The notes beneath the pieces were generated by a model. That model had not been told where the DNA came from, made no database searches, and was given only the letters and a program-made list of their open reading frames with translations. A program made the position numbers and the translations under genes. Shown here one piece after another: positions 25,712 through 38,081 of a DNA stretch of 64,000 nt; the first letter of the stretch is position 1; the number at the start of each line of letters is the position of its first letter. The DNA is from Reclinomonas americana ATCC 50394. Taxonomy: Eukaryota. The stretch is taken from the NCBI GenBank assembly GCA_048213135.1, contig PS015081.1, forward strand, positions 106,785 through 170,784, read 5' to 3'.

Positions 25712-28700
25712 GTTTGTTGACTCGACAGAGAGCACCTATGTCGACCACGCTGGTGCCACTCGCTTTGCGCGGCGACAGATCGACCATTTCAGTCGTGTGA
25801 TGCTCGAGGAACAGCTGGCTTGTTCCTCCAATCCACGTTGCGCTTCTTTCTCCCTCTTTCTCTCTCCTCTCCACCACCTCTTCCTCACGATGAGCAATCG
25901 CAGACTCGCAGCATGCAGGCGCCCGCCAATTGCATCGCACTGTGCAGTCAGTGCGCGATGCAGTGTTGCGCTTCTTTGGCACCGATCGCTCCGAGTACGC
26001 GGTGGTGTTCACCAGTGGTGCCACGGCCTCGCTCAAGATGGTGTGCACTGAGTGAGAGTGTCGTCGACCTCTCTCTGTGTGTGCGTGACTCACTCGACGA
26101 TGGCGCCTGCAGGTCGGCGAGTTGTTCCCGTGGGAATCGACAAGCGTCTTTGCGCACCTACTGCAGTGCCACAACTCGGCACTGGGCATTCGTGAGTTGC
26201 GTGCTCTGAGGGGGGTTTGCTGGTATTGCGCGCAGAGCTTTTGACGCAACGTGGTGGAGCAGGTTTGCCATGGAGCACGGCAGTGCTGTGCAGTGCCTGA
26301 CGGAGGACGAAGTGGAGTGTCGATGTGGTGGCAACAAAGATCCACAAGCCGCCATATTGTCGACCGAGCGGCCGCAGGCTCTCTTTGTGTACCCACCCGA
26401 GTGCAATGCCACGGGCGTCAAGTACCCACTGGGCAAGTGGATCGCAGCGATCAAGTCGGGCGCATTGGATGCCGCCAAGTTGTGTCAGTGATGAGTCTCG
26501 TTGCTTCGTCGGCACTCACTCACCATCGTCTCGTCGCAGAGAGTGGTTCGTGTGTCTCGATGCCTCCAAGTTCGCGCAGTGCAACGCGCTCGACCTGTCG
26601 GTGCCAGCCAATCAGGCCGACTTCATTGCCATCTCGTTTTACAAGATGTTTGGGTTTCCGAGTGGACTCGGAGCGTTGTTGATCAAACGATGTGCGTGCC
26701 ATTCGCGAGAGTGGTGGATGCATGTGTATGGATACTCATAGAGTTTTATTTTGCCTCGTTGCAGCATCGGCGTCTATTCTGCGCAAGCGCTATTTCGGTG
26801 GCGGCACTGTGGCTGCGTCGGCGGCCACGGAACCATTCCGGGAATTGCGCAAGGAGGTTTCCGAGCAACTAGAGGTGACGCACACGAACTTTTCGTTGCC
26901 CATCCCCACTCTCACCCTCACTTGTGGTGCGCGCGCTCTTCCATGCAGGATGGTACGTTGAATTATCAGGCAGTTGTTGGTGGAGTGCAGTGTGGACTCG
27001 ACCTGTTGCAATCCGTCGGCATGCGGCACATTGCGGAGCACACGTGGAGCCTGGCGCACAGCCTGCACGCCCGTCTTGCTGCGCTTCGCCACGCCAATGG
27101 CCGTCCAGTGTGCGAATTCTACGGCAAGCATCATCTGCACGACTCGGCATTGCAAGGTGGCGTCGTCAACTTCAATCTGTTTTCCCCCGACGGCTCGCCG
27201 ATTGGCTTTTCTGCGGTGGAGGAGTTGGCCAGCATGATGAAGATTGCGCTGCGAGTTGCGTGAAGCCATCCTTGGTTCTGGCTACGACGGTGGCTGATGT
27301 GCGATGGTGGGATGAGCAGACGGGCTGTTTTTGCAACCCCGGTGCGTGCCAACACTACCTCGGTCTGTCGGCCAGTGATGTGCGCCGGAACTATGAAGTG
27401 CGCATGATCACCGCAGCGAGAGTCCTGTCAACGTGCCTCTCCTCATGCTGTTTGTGGTTTGTGCAGAGTGGACACGTCTGCTGGGACGCTCACGATGTCA
27501 TGGGTGGCAAGTTCACTGGATCCATTCGCGTTTCATTTGGTTACATGAGTCGTGAGACAGATGTGGAGGTGAGTTTGCGCAACAGCCGCCGCGGCCGGCC
27601 ACTCTTCTTTCATTTGTTTGATAACCCCCATCATGTGCACAGCGCGTATTTGCTTTTGTTCGCGATCACTACGTTAGTGCACCGTGGGCACTCTCGCAGG
27701 ACGACGCAGCGTGCGTGCGTCGACCCGGTGTCACCGCGACTTTGGTGGACATAATTGTGTATCCCATCAAATCGTGTGCCGGCATGCACGTGTCGTCGTG
27801 GCCTCTGTGCGACACTGGTTAGTACAGCGGAGTGTGCGTGTGTGTATGTTGTCTCGGTGTCGCTGAACCGGCGTGATCGGGGACAGGATTCGAGTTTGAT
27901 CGCGAGTGGACTGTGGTGGATCTGCCGACGGGTGTGGCACTGACTCAGAAAAGAGTGAGTCGCGTGCGCGCGGGCAGCTTGCTTGTCGAAAGCATGTGCT
28001 GACGATGATGATCGTCGCCACAGATACCGCAGATGGCGCTCATTGAGCCTCGAGTGGATCTGACGACGCGTACCCTGCGCCTGCGGTTTCGCGGTGATGG
28101 CGACGACGACGATGAGGCGTTGGTGCTTTCACTGGATGAGTATCCCACCGAGGATCACATGCCACTGCGTGTGTGTGGAGCGCGGTGCGAGGGGCTTGTC
28201 TATGACGCCAAGGTCAATGAGTGGTTCCAGCGCGTGCTTCAACATGATTGCGGCCTCTGTCGCAAGCCGCCATCGATGGATCGCCGACTACGTGAGCGCA
28301 AATCAGATGGGACTGGCGAGGCTGGCAACTCGCGGGTGAGTTTCGTCAACGAAGGCCAGTTTCTGTTGGTCACCATGCCGTCGTTGCGGCGTCTGGCGGA
28401 GCTGCTGCCGCCGAGTTCGCGGCTCGACGCATCGACACTGGTCGACAGATTTCGACCGAATCTCGTGGTGGACAGCAGCGATGAGGACGCGTTTGCGGAG
28501 GATCACTGGAAGCACGTGCGCATCGGCAATGGCACGTGCACGTTATCGGTGGGGAGGCTTTGAGTCGAGTGGCTCGTGTGTTGCGTCTTCTTTCACCTTA
28601 TTCTTCTTCAATGTCGGTCATCGCAGGTCACGGGCCACTGCAATCGGTGTTCCATGGTGTGCATCGATCAACGCACCGGTGTCGGCGAAGCTGAGCCGCT

Positions 28701-28915
28701 GCGCACTCTGGCCACGTTCCGCCGGACGCGGTCGGTAAGCTCCCACTCTCATCGCTCGATTCCTTGCTTGACGTGAGTGTTGCTGCTCACGAATGAATCA
28801 ACAGGGAGGCGTGGTGTTCGGCATGCTGTTGCGCATGGAGACGGCGACGGCGGCGGATGCACCGCCCGTCACCCTACAGTGCGGGGAGGCTGTGTACGTG
28901 GATGAGCCTGAGTAA
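25237..28915 (+). CDS. MOCOS: Molybdenum cofactor sulfurase (NifS-like aminotransferase class V plus MOSC domain)
   Basis: [71 protein letters not shown] part: [38 protein letters not shown]. Confidence 0.95.
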
Positions 28916-29183
28916 ATAGAAAATGAATGGAAACACCGACAAGAGCAGCACGACTCGATGGTTTGCAGATCATGTATAAAAGAGGCTATACGCACGCATC
29001 GTAAAACAAAGCAGAAGGGGGGTAGAAACAGTTGCGGGGTACCCAAGCCATCCAAGGCGGCCACGGAGAGGACACAAAGAGACAAAAACGCAGCAGCAAC
29101 GCGACACACAACTCTTGCCAAACAGAATGCAGCAGGAGGGGGAGGGAAAGAAAAAGGAAACAAAAAAGAAATGAAAAGACAAC

Positions 29184-30520
29184 CTAGTGACCGCTCGTGT
29201 TCCGTCGCTGCGTCTCGAGCAGAATATCCTTCACAAACTCCATGACTTGCCTGTGGGTGTCGGCAGTGAGGGGTGAGACTGCAGGCAACTCACAATGCGG
29301 TTTCCACCAACACGCAACTTCATATTATCCGTGTCAGTGGCGCACATGGGATACGTGTATATCACACGGTCTGGGTTTCTGTTGAGACGGCGGAACTTTT
29401 CCGCGACGAACTTGACGGCACTGTCGAGGAACTCGGGTGAACCAGCCGGTGCCGTCGCTGCAACAACTGCGTGTGAGACAGCAAAGCATTACACGAATGG
29501 CAACACGAGAGCTCACGCACAGCGGTAGTCGGGGAAGTAGCGCGTGAGATCGGAGTGCTTGATCTTCTCGCGGAACAGATCCTGCTTGTTCAGGAACAGA
29601 ATCACCGGCCTGTGTGGAGGAGGATCGAGAGCAAGAATGTGAGCAGCCGGGGGGCATCGAAGTTGATCTCACAACCACACGTCACGCAACGTGTCGTTGA
29701 ACCACTGTCCGTTGACATGCTCGTCAAACAGACGCAGGCTCTCCTCCATGCGGTTGGTGACGTTGTCCTCGTAGCACGTTTGATCGTACCTGGTTCACCA
29801 CGAGGTGAGATATTGCTCTCGTAACACACACACACACTCTGGTGCAAATTACGCAACTCGCTGACGGCCACGAAGAAGAGGAGCGCAGTGACGCCAGAGA
29901 AGCACTTGATCCACTTTCTCCGCTCCGGACGCTGTCCGCCCACGTCGTACAACCTGCAACCAGGCGTGTGAGAACGTCACCCCCCCAAAGGTGTCAACTG
30001 CGACGGCGGCGGCGACGGCGGCGGCGGCGCAACTTCAAATGTAGCTTGTCGTACTGAACCGCTGCCTCCACAATGCCGGTGGTCTTGACACGGACTCGAA
30101 GCACGTCTTCAGTGGTTGGACGGTAATCGGGTGCCGCCAGACGTCGAATGTGCTGGAAGAAGCTGCGCAGGAGGAGTGAGACATCAGGGACGAAGAAGAC
30201 TGACTTTTTATGCGCACGCAACTAGGCTGCCGAGTCGTACAGCTGGAACTCATTGCGACGCTGGTACGCTCGCTGAATGGCTGGAGAGAAACGGATTGAG
30301 CACATGAAAAAGGGAGACGCGACGCTCATGACATGCACGCGCACCGTCATCGCGCCACAACTCCTCAATGTCACGCGCCACCTCCGCAGTGAACAGCTCT
30401 GGCTGGTCGATGCACACCTGCTCGTTCTCACCCAACAGCAGAATTCGCTCGGCTCGCGCCTGCGATGTTTGACAGGGTGTAAGAGGCAGACGAACAAATG
30501 CCAAGCGCACGCGTGAGAGA

Positions 30521-30564
<44 letters not shown>

Positions 30565-31401
30565 GTGCGAGTGCGTGTGTGCATGTGGCGGCTCACTCAC
30601 CGCATTGTCGGGGATGGCGTAGTTGAACTTGAAGACCTTCAGCGCTCCCAGCAGCATGTACATGTTGAGACTGCACAACAATGAGAAGGAGAGGAGAAAG
30701 GGATACCAAGAGCAAGAGCACACGCGCACTCACATGACATTCGTGAATATGCTGCACATACAAACACACAGGCAGTGAGTTTCGAGAAACAGCGTGTGCG
30801 TGAATAACAACAACGTAAGTGTACGCAACACATCCTTCAATCTGCCGAGTTCTTGTGGACTGTAGCCATCATCAAAGAGGATTTTGATCTGCTTGAAGAA
30901 GGTCGACTTGCCACTCTCGCCAGCGCCTGAGCGGAGAAAGAGAGAGTGCGAGAGAGAGAGAGAGAGCGAGTGTGAGTGATACATAACTCCACACAACACA
31001 ACAGACACACGCACAACACGCATACATGATCTCGTGTGTGTGTGAGTGTGTACAAGTGCGCGCGCGTGTGTGAGTGCGTCATTCACGTCGACGCGCGAGT
31101 GCAAGTGTGTGCGTCGGTGAGTGTGTGTGAATGGGCCATGACGCTCACACACTCTCACACTTCCACGTTTGTGAGCACGCGCGCGCTCTCTCTCTCTCTC
31201 CCTTCCCATCTCTCACACACATGTATGTGGCTACGCACCAAGCATGAGCAGCTTGATGTCGTCTGGTCGGCCAGGTCCTCCGGCACCAGCTGCAGACTTT
31301 GCGGTGCTGGCCGAGGCGCTGCCACTGCCACCGCTGAGGCCGCTGTTGCTATGTCCCAGCTTATCGCCGGCGGAGCTCTCGCCTCCACAGCAAGCTCCCA
31401 T
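29184..31401 (-). CDS. Heterotrimeric G-protein alpha subunit
   Basis: MGACC N-terminus (myristoylation/palmitoylation), [46 protein letters not shown]. Confidence 0.96.
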
Positions 31402-31840
31402 GGTGTGCGTGAGTGTGTTGTGATCGAGTGTCGATTGATCGCAATGAAGTGGCGGAATTTGTCGCATGTCCGGGAGGTCGGCGGCTGGCCGTGGTGGACC
31501 AAGCTCGCATGCTGCGGCAGCGGCGGACTTTGGAGGCCGCTGGAGTCGGGGTGCAGTACTGACGCGATTTGGTAGGTCGATATTTAAATTTCGATGTGCC
31601 TCGCTGCGACGTGTTGGACTGGAGAGGCTGTGTTCCTGCTGTTGGTGGTGGTGGTGTGCGCGCAGGTGCAGCAGACTCATCGCCGCGGAGGCCATGCCAC
31701 GATCCACGGGGACTGTATTTTCCAATGTTTCGCGCCAAATTTGCAAGTTTTGTGCGTTTGTTCGTCGCACGCTCTCGCTGTGGTGCTCTTGCCCTCCTCC
31801 TCCCTCTCGCTGTCACTCTCTCTCTCTCTCTCTCTCGTTC

Positions 31841-34800
31841 ATGTCTGTGATGGGGGTGCAGAGAGTGCATTCGTGCGCTCCTCCTCTGATCGCACGCGGC
31901 GGACAAGGGCGACGAAAGCGCCAGCACCGAGACAGCGCTCTCTGGCCACTGCTGTCACCACCACTGTGCCTTCTGCTTGCAATGCTCCTGTTCTCGTGTG
32001 CGACGATCTCATGTGTGAGCGGCAATGAGCGCGGTATCAGAGAGGATGACGGTGACAACGACGGCAAAGTTGCGGCTCGAACCACCCCGCTGAGATGTTC
32101 ATCTGAGTGCTCATTGTCTCACTTGTGTGTCTCGTTTGTGTGTGACGGTCAACATCGCAGTGGAGGGCGGCTGTGGCGCCCGACATCCGATTTGTCAACA
32201 TGGATGGTGTGTGCGTGTGTCTGTGATTCATGTGATGCATTGCATTGCTCACGGACCACGGTGGTGTTGGCGGCAGGCGTCCTTCCTCCCTCGTGGGCGA
32301 CGGAAAGCAAGTACAAAACTCTGGCGACCACAATCACCTCTGTGACTCCCCGATTCGTCTCCACTGCACCGTGAGTTCCCTTCTCGTACGCCTCCTTTTT
32401 CTCCGCTGTCCCGCACTCACTTTCCCGCCGCCTCTCACGCACGACAGGTATCGCCGCTTCACTATCACCGGGACTGAGTTGATCGACAACAGCAGCGATC
32501 CTGGCATGGTGGGCTTTGTTGTCGAGGGGTCGGCGTGTGCGGCCCCCAACTTTGTGTCGGGATATTCACCACCGAGTGGAGGCAGCGGCAAGTCGACAAC
32601 TTCACCAACATCGTCCTTGTCTACACCATGGACAGCAGAGGAAGAGGAACCACCGCGGGCGTCGTCGACTCACCAACGAGTTGGTCTTCGTGTCGCACCC
32701 TCCACCATTGTGTTCACCAAAGTCACATCTCTCGCGGCTGGTGTGTATCGCATGTGCATTCGCTGGGCACCCACCTCTGCGTACGTGGCGGTCGATGGCT
32801 CCTTCCAAGTGACTGCCGTCGGTCGGTGCACGCTGGCCGGGGGTTCGACTGTCGGGTCGACAAACGGCAACGCCATCACTCAGGCTCTATTCAACAGCCC
32901 ATTCGGAGTCGTGCGTGACAGCGACGGCGGGTGGTTTGTGAGCGACAGCGTTGCGTAGCACCCGAGCAATAATGGAGGTGCAGCAGTCGACCTGAAACTG
33001 ATTCGTGCATGTGTTCACAGAATACGCACAAAATTCGTCGCATCACCCCCTCCGGTTATGTTTACGACTTTGCCGGCAGCGGTTCCTCGGGAACCACAAA
33101 CGGATATCGTACAGCTGCCAAGTTCAACGGACCCAGTGCTCTCATCCTCGACTCGGATTACCTTTACATTGCGGATGCCAACAATTCCTGCATTCGCCGT
33201 GCGGCGGCGGACGGCACAGTCTCCACGTTTGTTGGAACTTGCGGATCTTCAGCGGCAGTTGACGGAGCGTTTGCCAGCGCAAAGTTCGGCACCGTCACTT
33301 ACCTCTCTGGCACTGGCAGTCGCATGTACGCGAACGATTCTAGCAACAACCGCGTGCGCCTTGTCGACACGAACTCTGGTTGCGTGCAGTATCCCTTGTT
33401 ATTAGTCTGTTTCGTGAAGTATTCACTCAGGATGACTCACACAGGCACGGTATCCACAATTGCCGGAGACGGCGGCTCATCGACAGTTGTCGGCACACTT
33501 CCAGCTTCCGTGAAGCAGCCCGCTGGAGTCGCGGTTTCGCCCGACAGCAGTGCAGTCTACGTTGCAGATGCGACGAATGCGATCCTTGCTGCAAACTCCG
33601 CCACCAACGCACTGGAGCTGGAGGCTGGTACCAGCCTTGGTCTTTCAGGCTTCATTGATGGCTGGTCGGCGTTTGTCAGCACGCTGCCACGCGCGCTTTT
33701 TTCGTCTCCGGGCGGTCTGGCATTCGACAAGTGGGGTTCTCTTGTGGTTGCCGATATGGTGTGTGCTGTGTGCCTCACTTGGAAACTCCCGGTTCATGAT
33801 ACTCACCCTAGGCCTGTGCAGTCCAACAATGCCGTCCGCGAAATGACAGTCGACGGCTACGTGTCTACACTGGCCTCGTCCATCACAAGCCCCAAGGTCC
33901 CCTTTGTGGACTTTGATGGCGCCACGGTGTTTGTACCGTATGCAGTTGCGGTGGCTGTGGTTTCTCCACCTTGGCCAGCCACCACTCTCTTACTCACAGA
34001 CGAGTGCACGCAGGGCTCTGGTCCACGAATCGACGCTCTCTACGTCGGCAGTTGCGTCGCCACTGCAGTTCCAACCTCTTCAGACTGACGTTGTCTCTGA
34101 CAGGCATTCAACGACCTTTGCACAGGTGCTGTTTTGACCCTGACCCCTCACGCACTGGCCCCGAACTCCGGAACGCAACAAGTGACCATTCGCGGCTGCT
34201 CACTGATGGATTTGTCATCAGTCTCGTACGCCTATCTCCTTGTGCAGTCGACTATGGACTGCGCAGCCGCAGTTGTTCCGAGCACGAACCCGAGCGTAAC
34301 CGGCGTCAACTTTGTCGACTCGAGCACGGTTATTCTCAGCATCGACACTACTGACGCGCTGACGGGCAACTTCAACTTGTGTTATCGGATACGCATGGGC
34401 AAGACGCCTTTCGTGCAGAAGGCCGTACTTCGGATGTGGCGCGTGGACAGTCTGTCGCCCACGAAACTGTATGCGCGCTCGGGAGGAGTTGTGGCGGCGC
34501 TTGGTGTCGGACTCCCAGACGTCACAGCGCGCGGATCCTCTGCAGTCACAGTCGGCATCGGCAGCTCATGTGCCTCGCTGACCAGCACGCTCACTGCAAC
34601 AGTCACTTATGTGAGCTCGACACGATTTACAATAACTATCGGCGTGGCTGCGTCAGCCGGCACATACACCGTGTGCTTTGATGACGATTCGACTGCGCCG
34701 GCTGCGGTGATTGGCACCATTGTTTTCTGTTGCGTCTCTCCTGTCAAGATCTTGGTCTCGAAAGGTCAAGGTGCACTAATCTTGTGTCCTCCATGGCATC

Positions 34801-37800
34801 AGTGGCACCTCGTGTGTGTACCATAGCTGGGAGTTTGAACGGCTTGTCAGGTACTACCAATAGCATTGCTACGAGCGCTCGATTCAACGGGCCAACGGGC
34901 CTCGCATTGAGGGCAACTACTGGCGACCTGTACGTGGCGGACACAAACAACGGCGCAATTAGAATGGTTTCCACAACAGGCACAGTGTCGACGGTGGCCG
35001 GCATTGCCGGGAGTCTGGGAACTGTCGATGGCGCCGTCGGTATCGCGAAACTGAAAAGTCCCTATGGACTGGCATTCGACTCCACCAGCAATGTGCTGTA
35101 CTTTAGCGACTATACCGCACCTCGCATCGGCAAGGTGGACCTTGTTGGGCAGACGGTTACCACGGTTGTCGGCAACGGCACCGCCGCGCTCGTAGACGGC
35201 TCGTTTAGTGCGGCACGACTCATGGGTCCGGCTCACATGACACGCGCGCTGACAGGCGAGGACATTTACTTTTGCGATGCGACTGTTGCGTCTCGCGCAC
35301 GATGACAATTGCGAGCGTCTTGACTGACTTGGAAATAATATCACACAGGGCTATCGAGTGCGAGTAGTCCAGTTCGCAACCAGTACTGTTGCCACTGTTA
35401 CAGGAGCTGGCGTGGCTGGCTTTCTGGATGGCGCAGCCCTCACCGCCACTTTCAACAAGCCTTTCGGCATAGCCTGGCTCTCCGCGACGCAGCTGCTCAT
35501 TGCCGACAGTACCAACTTTCGTATTCGACTGGTGGATCTGGCGAGCAACTCTGTGTCGACAGTTGCAGGCACAGGCACGCTCGGGTTTGTTTGTATTTAG
35601 TTAGTTAGGACACCGATTCTTGTTCTGTGTGTGTGACAATTGTGTTGGAAAGGACCACGGATGGACAGTCTGCAACTGTCGGTATAGTCAGCGGCCTCGT
35701 ATCGAACGGCACCGGGTTCTTTTTTGCCGATACCGTTGAGTAGTAGCCCTTGATTTTCTTGGAATCTCTGTCTTCGTGCTAATCTACACGTACACAGTCT
35801 GCCCGTACGATTCGTATGCTTACCAACGTCACCAGTGGCGGTGAGCATGCGTGCGACCACCTACATAGTCCCCGACCGTGCACACATTTGTACTAAATGC
35901 AGCACACCTGCAGTGTGGAGTGTTAGTCACGCTGTTGGCTACGTCAATTCCGCTGGGCGTGCCGATGGCGTGTACCCGAGCGCGACGGTTTGCTCTCTTG
36001 CTGTCGTTATCCACTCTGCATTCGTGGTGCTTTGGTACGCAGACTGACGAGTGTTTTCTGTCTTTCCGTCCACAGTTATCTTCCACCGTTAGTGCTATGG
36101 AGTACAATGCAGCAATCGGGGTATTGTATTTCTCGGATACTAGCAACAACAGCATTCGAGTTGTCTGTGATAACCGTTGCGTCACTACTATCCACGGGCA
36201 CAGCGTGCCGTCTCATCTGACAACGACTTCGCTGCGCTCTTGCAGCATCGGTGACTTTTGTCGACATCACCTCATTCATCAACAACACTGTGTCGCCAAT
36301 CACTGTTACTTTATCCGGCTGCGGATTTTCTGACGTATCATCGGACGCCTCGGCTATCCAAGTAACAGATCTCTCTTCAACTCCTGTCTCCGGCATCGCG
36401 GTGACAGGTGCACTCAGCGCCTCGCAGATTTTGCTTTCGGTCACCGCGACGACGATTGCTGCTGGAAAGTACAACATGCTCATTCGCTGGTCTCAAACCT
36501 CCCAGTATCTCTTCGCATTCGCCTTTACAATCGGTGAGTGTGCTGTGCTGTGCTGTACCGTCGTCGATCAGTACGCCGAATGCACGCATATCCACGCTCA
36601 TTCTTTCCGTACAGTCACTCGCCCTGTTGTGACGTCGGTGAGCGCCGTATCAGTCATCACTGGCGTTACTGTCAGTACGCCCTACACTGTACGCGGATCA
36701 AACTTTTTGAACGTGTCGGCCGACTCGGGTGCATTGCAAGTCTCGACCAGTAACTCGATGATCAACATGGCGTCATCGATCACCACCTCGTTCGTGTTCA
36801 CCAACACCGGTGAAGCAACGGTGAACATCCTCGGATCGTCGGCCGCACCCGGAACGTATTACTTGTGGATTCGGTGGTTGCCGAAGGGACTATATGCGCT
36901 TGCTTTCACATTCACCGTCCGTTGCGTCGACAATGCTTCCTTTCTTCACGTGTGTCGCACAAAAGGAATCCTCAAGGTTTCTGCTTTCCCCCACGATACC
37001 GCAGAGGATCCCGGAGTTGTGTCCACCGTTGACGCCAGTGTCGCTGTCAGCAGCCCTCTCTCACCTGTTACCACGACAATTACCGTCACTGGTTCCAATT
37101 TCAGCAACGTCTCTGTCGACACCGATGCGCTCGCCTTCATCGGTGTTGGGTTGGGATATTTCTTGACTCCAGTTTCAGGGTTCCGTTGCTGGGCACCAGC
37201 AGCAACCGTTTCTTCCACGCAGGTGGTGCTGTTTGTGGAAGTCACCGGTGTCAGTGCTGGCTCGTACCGTGTGGCTGTACGCTGGTCGCCGGTGGCGTCG
37301 TATGTCGCGGCCTTTTCTCTGGATGTTGGTGCGTGCTACTTGGTGTGCACTCACAAGTGATTAGGGTTACCTAACGTGGCGCTTGTATCTCACAGTCACG
37401 GCTGGCACCATCTCCTCTGCGACTCCGCTGCCTGTCATCGGCAACGTCGGCGTCACCACTCCGCTGTCGTTGTTTGGCTCGGACATGCAGTCGGTAGCTG
37501 CCGACTCTGCCGCTTGCGTACTCAACGACGCGGGTGCCACTTCACTGGTAACTACGTTCGTGGATAGCACGTCCATGACAGTCATGATCCCTTCGCTGTC
37601 CCCGGGGACGTACCAACTCAGCATCCGGTGGGTGCCCCAGTCTTCCTACTCGACGACGTTTGCCTTCACTGTCGGTGCGTGCACTCACAAGACACATGTC
37701 ACGAACATTGCGGGAAAGCCTCATTCTCTTCACAGTGCCACCGGGAAGTGTGACATCGGCGGACAAGACTGTGTTCTTGAATGATGCGACGAGTGCGGTG

Positions 37801-38048
37801 ACGGTGAATGTGTCTGGCAGTGGGCTGCTGAATGTGTGTGGCGACAGCAGCGCAGTGGGTGCTGTTGCGGCAGGGTCGAACACGTTTGCCTCTGGGATCA
37901 CGGTGGCTTGCGCGTTTGTGAGCAGCACGAGCATGTCACTCGGTGTGCTTGTGAATGGAGCGAGTGCGGGGACGTATGACATGAAGGTGCGATGGTCGAC
38001 TGTGTCGCCCTACAACTCGGCGTTCAGCATCAGCGTCTGTTGCGTTGG

Positions 38049-38081
<33 letters not shown>

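Noticed and set aside
30222-30224. Apparent in-frame TAG in G-alpha (DSAA*) suggesting stop-codon reassignment or a pseudogene
   Set aside because: The G is the first base of a GTTGCGT intron, and splicing gives TAC (Tyr). TAA, TAG and TGA all end genes normally in this window.
30515-30565. (GA)n/(CA)n tracts as a specific regulatory element
   Set aside because: They are ubiquitous intronic and intergenic microsatellites, often next to gaps, with no higher-order pattern seen.
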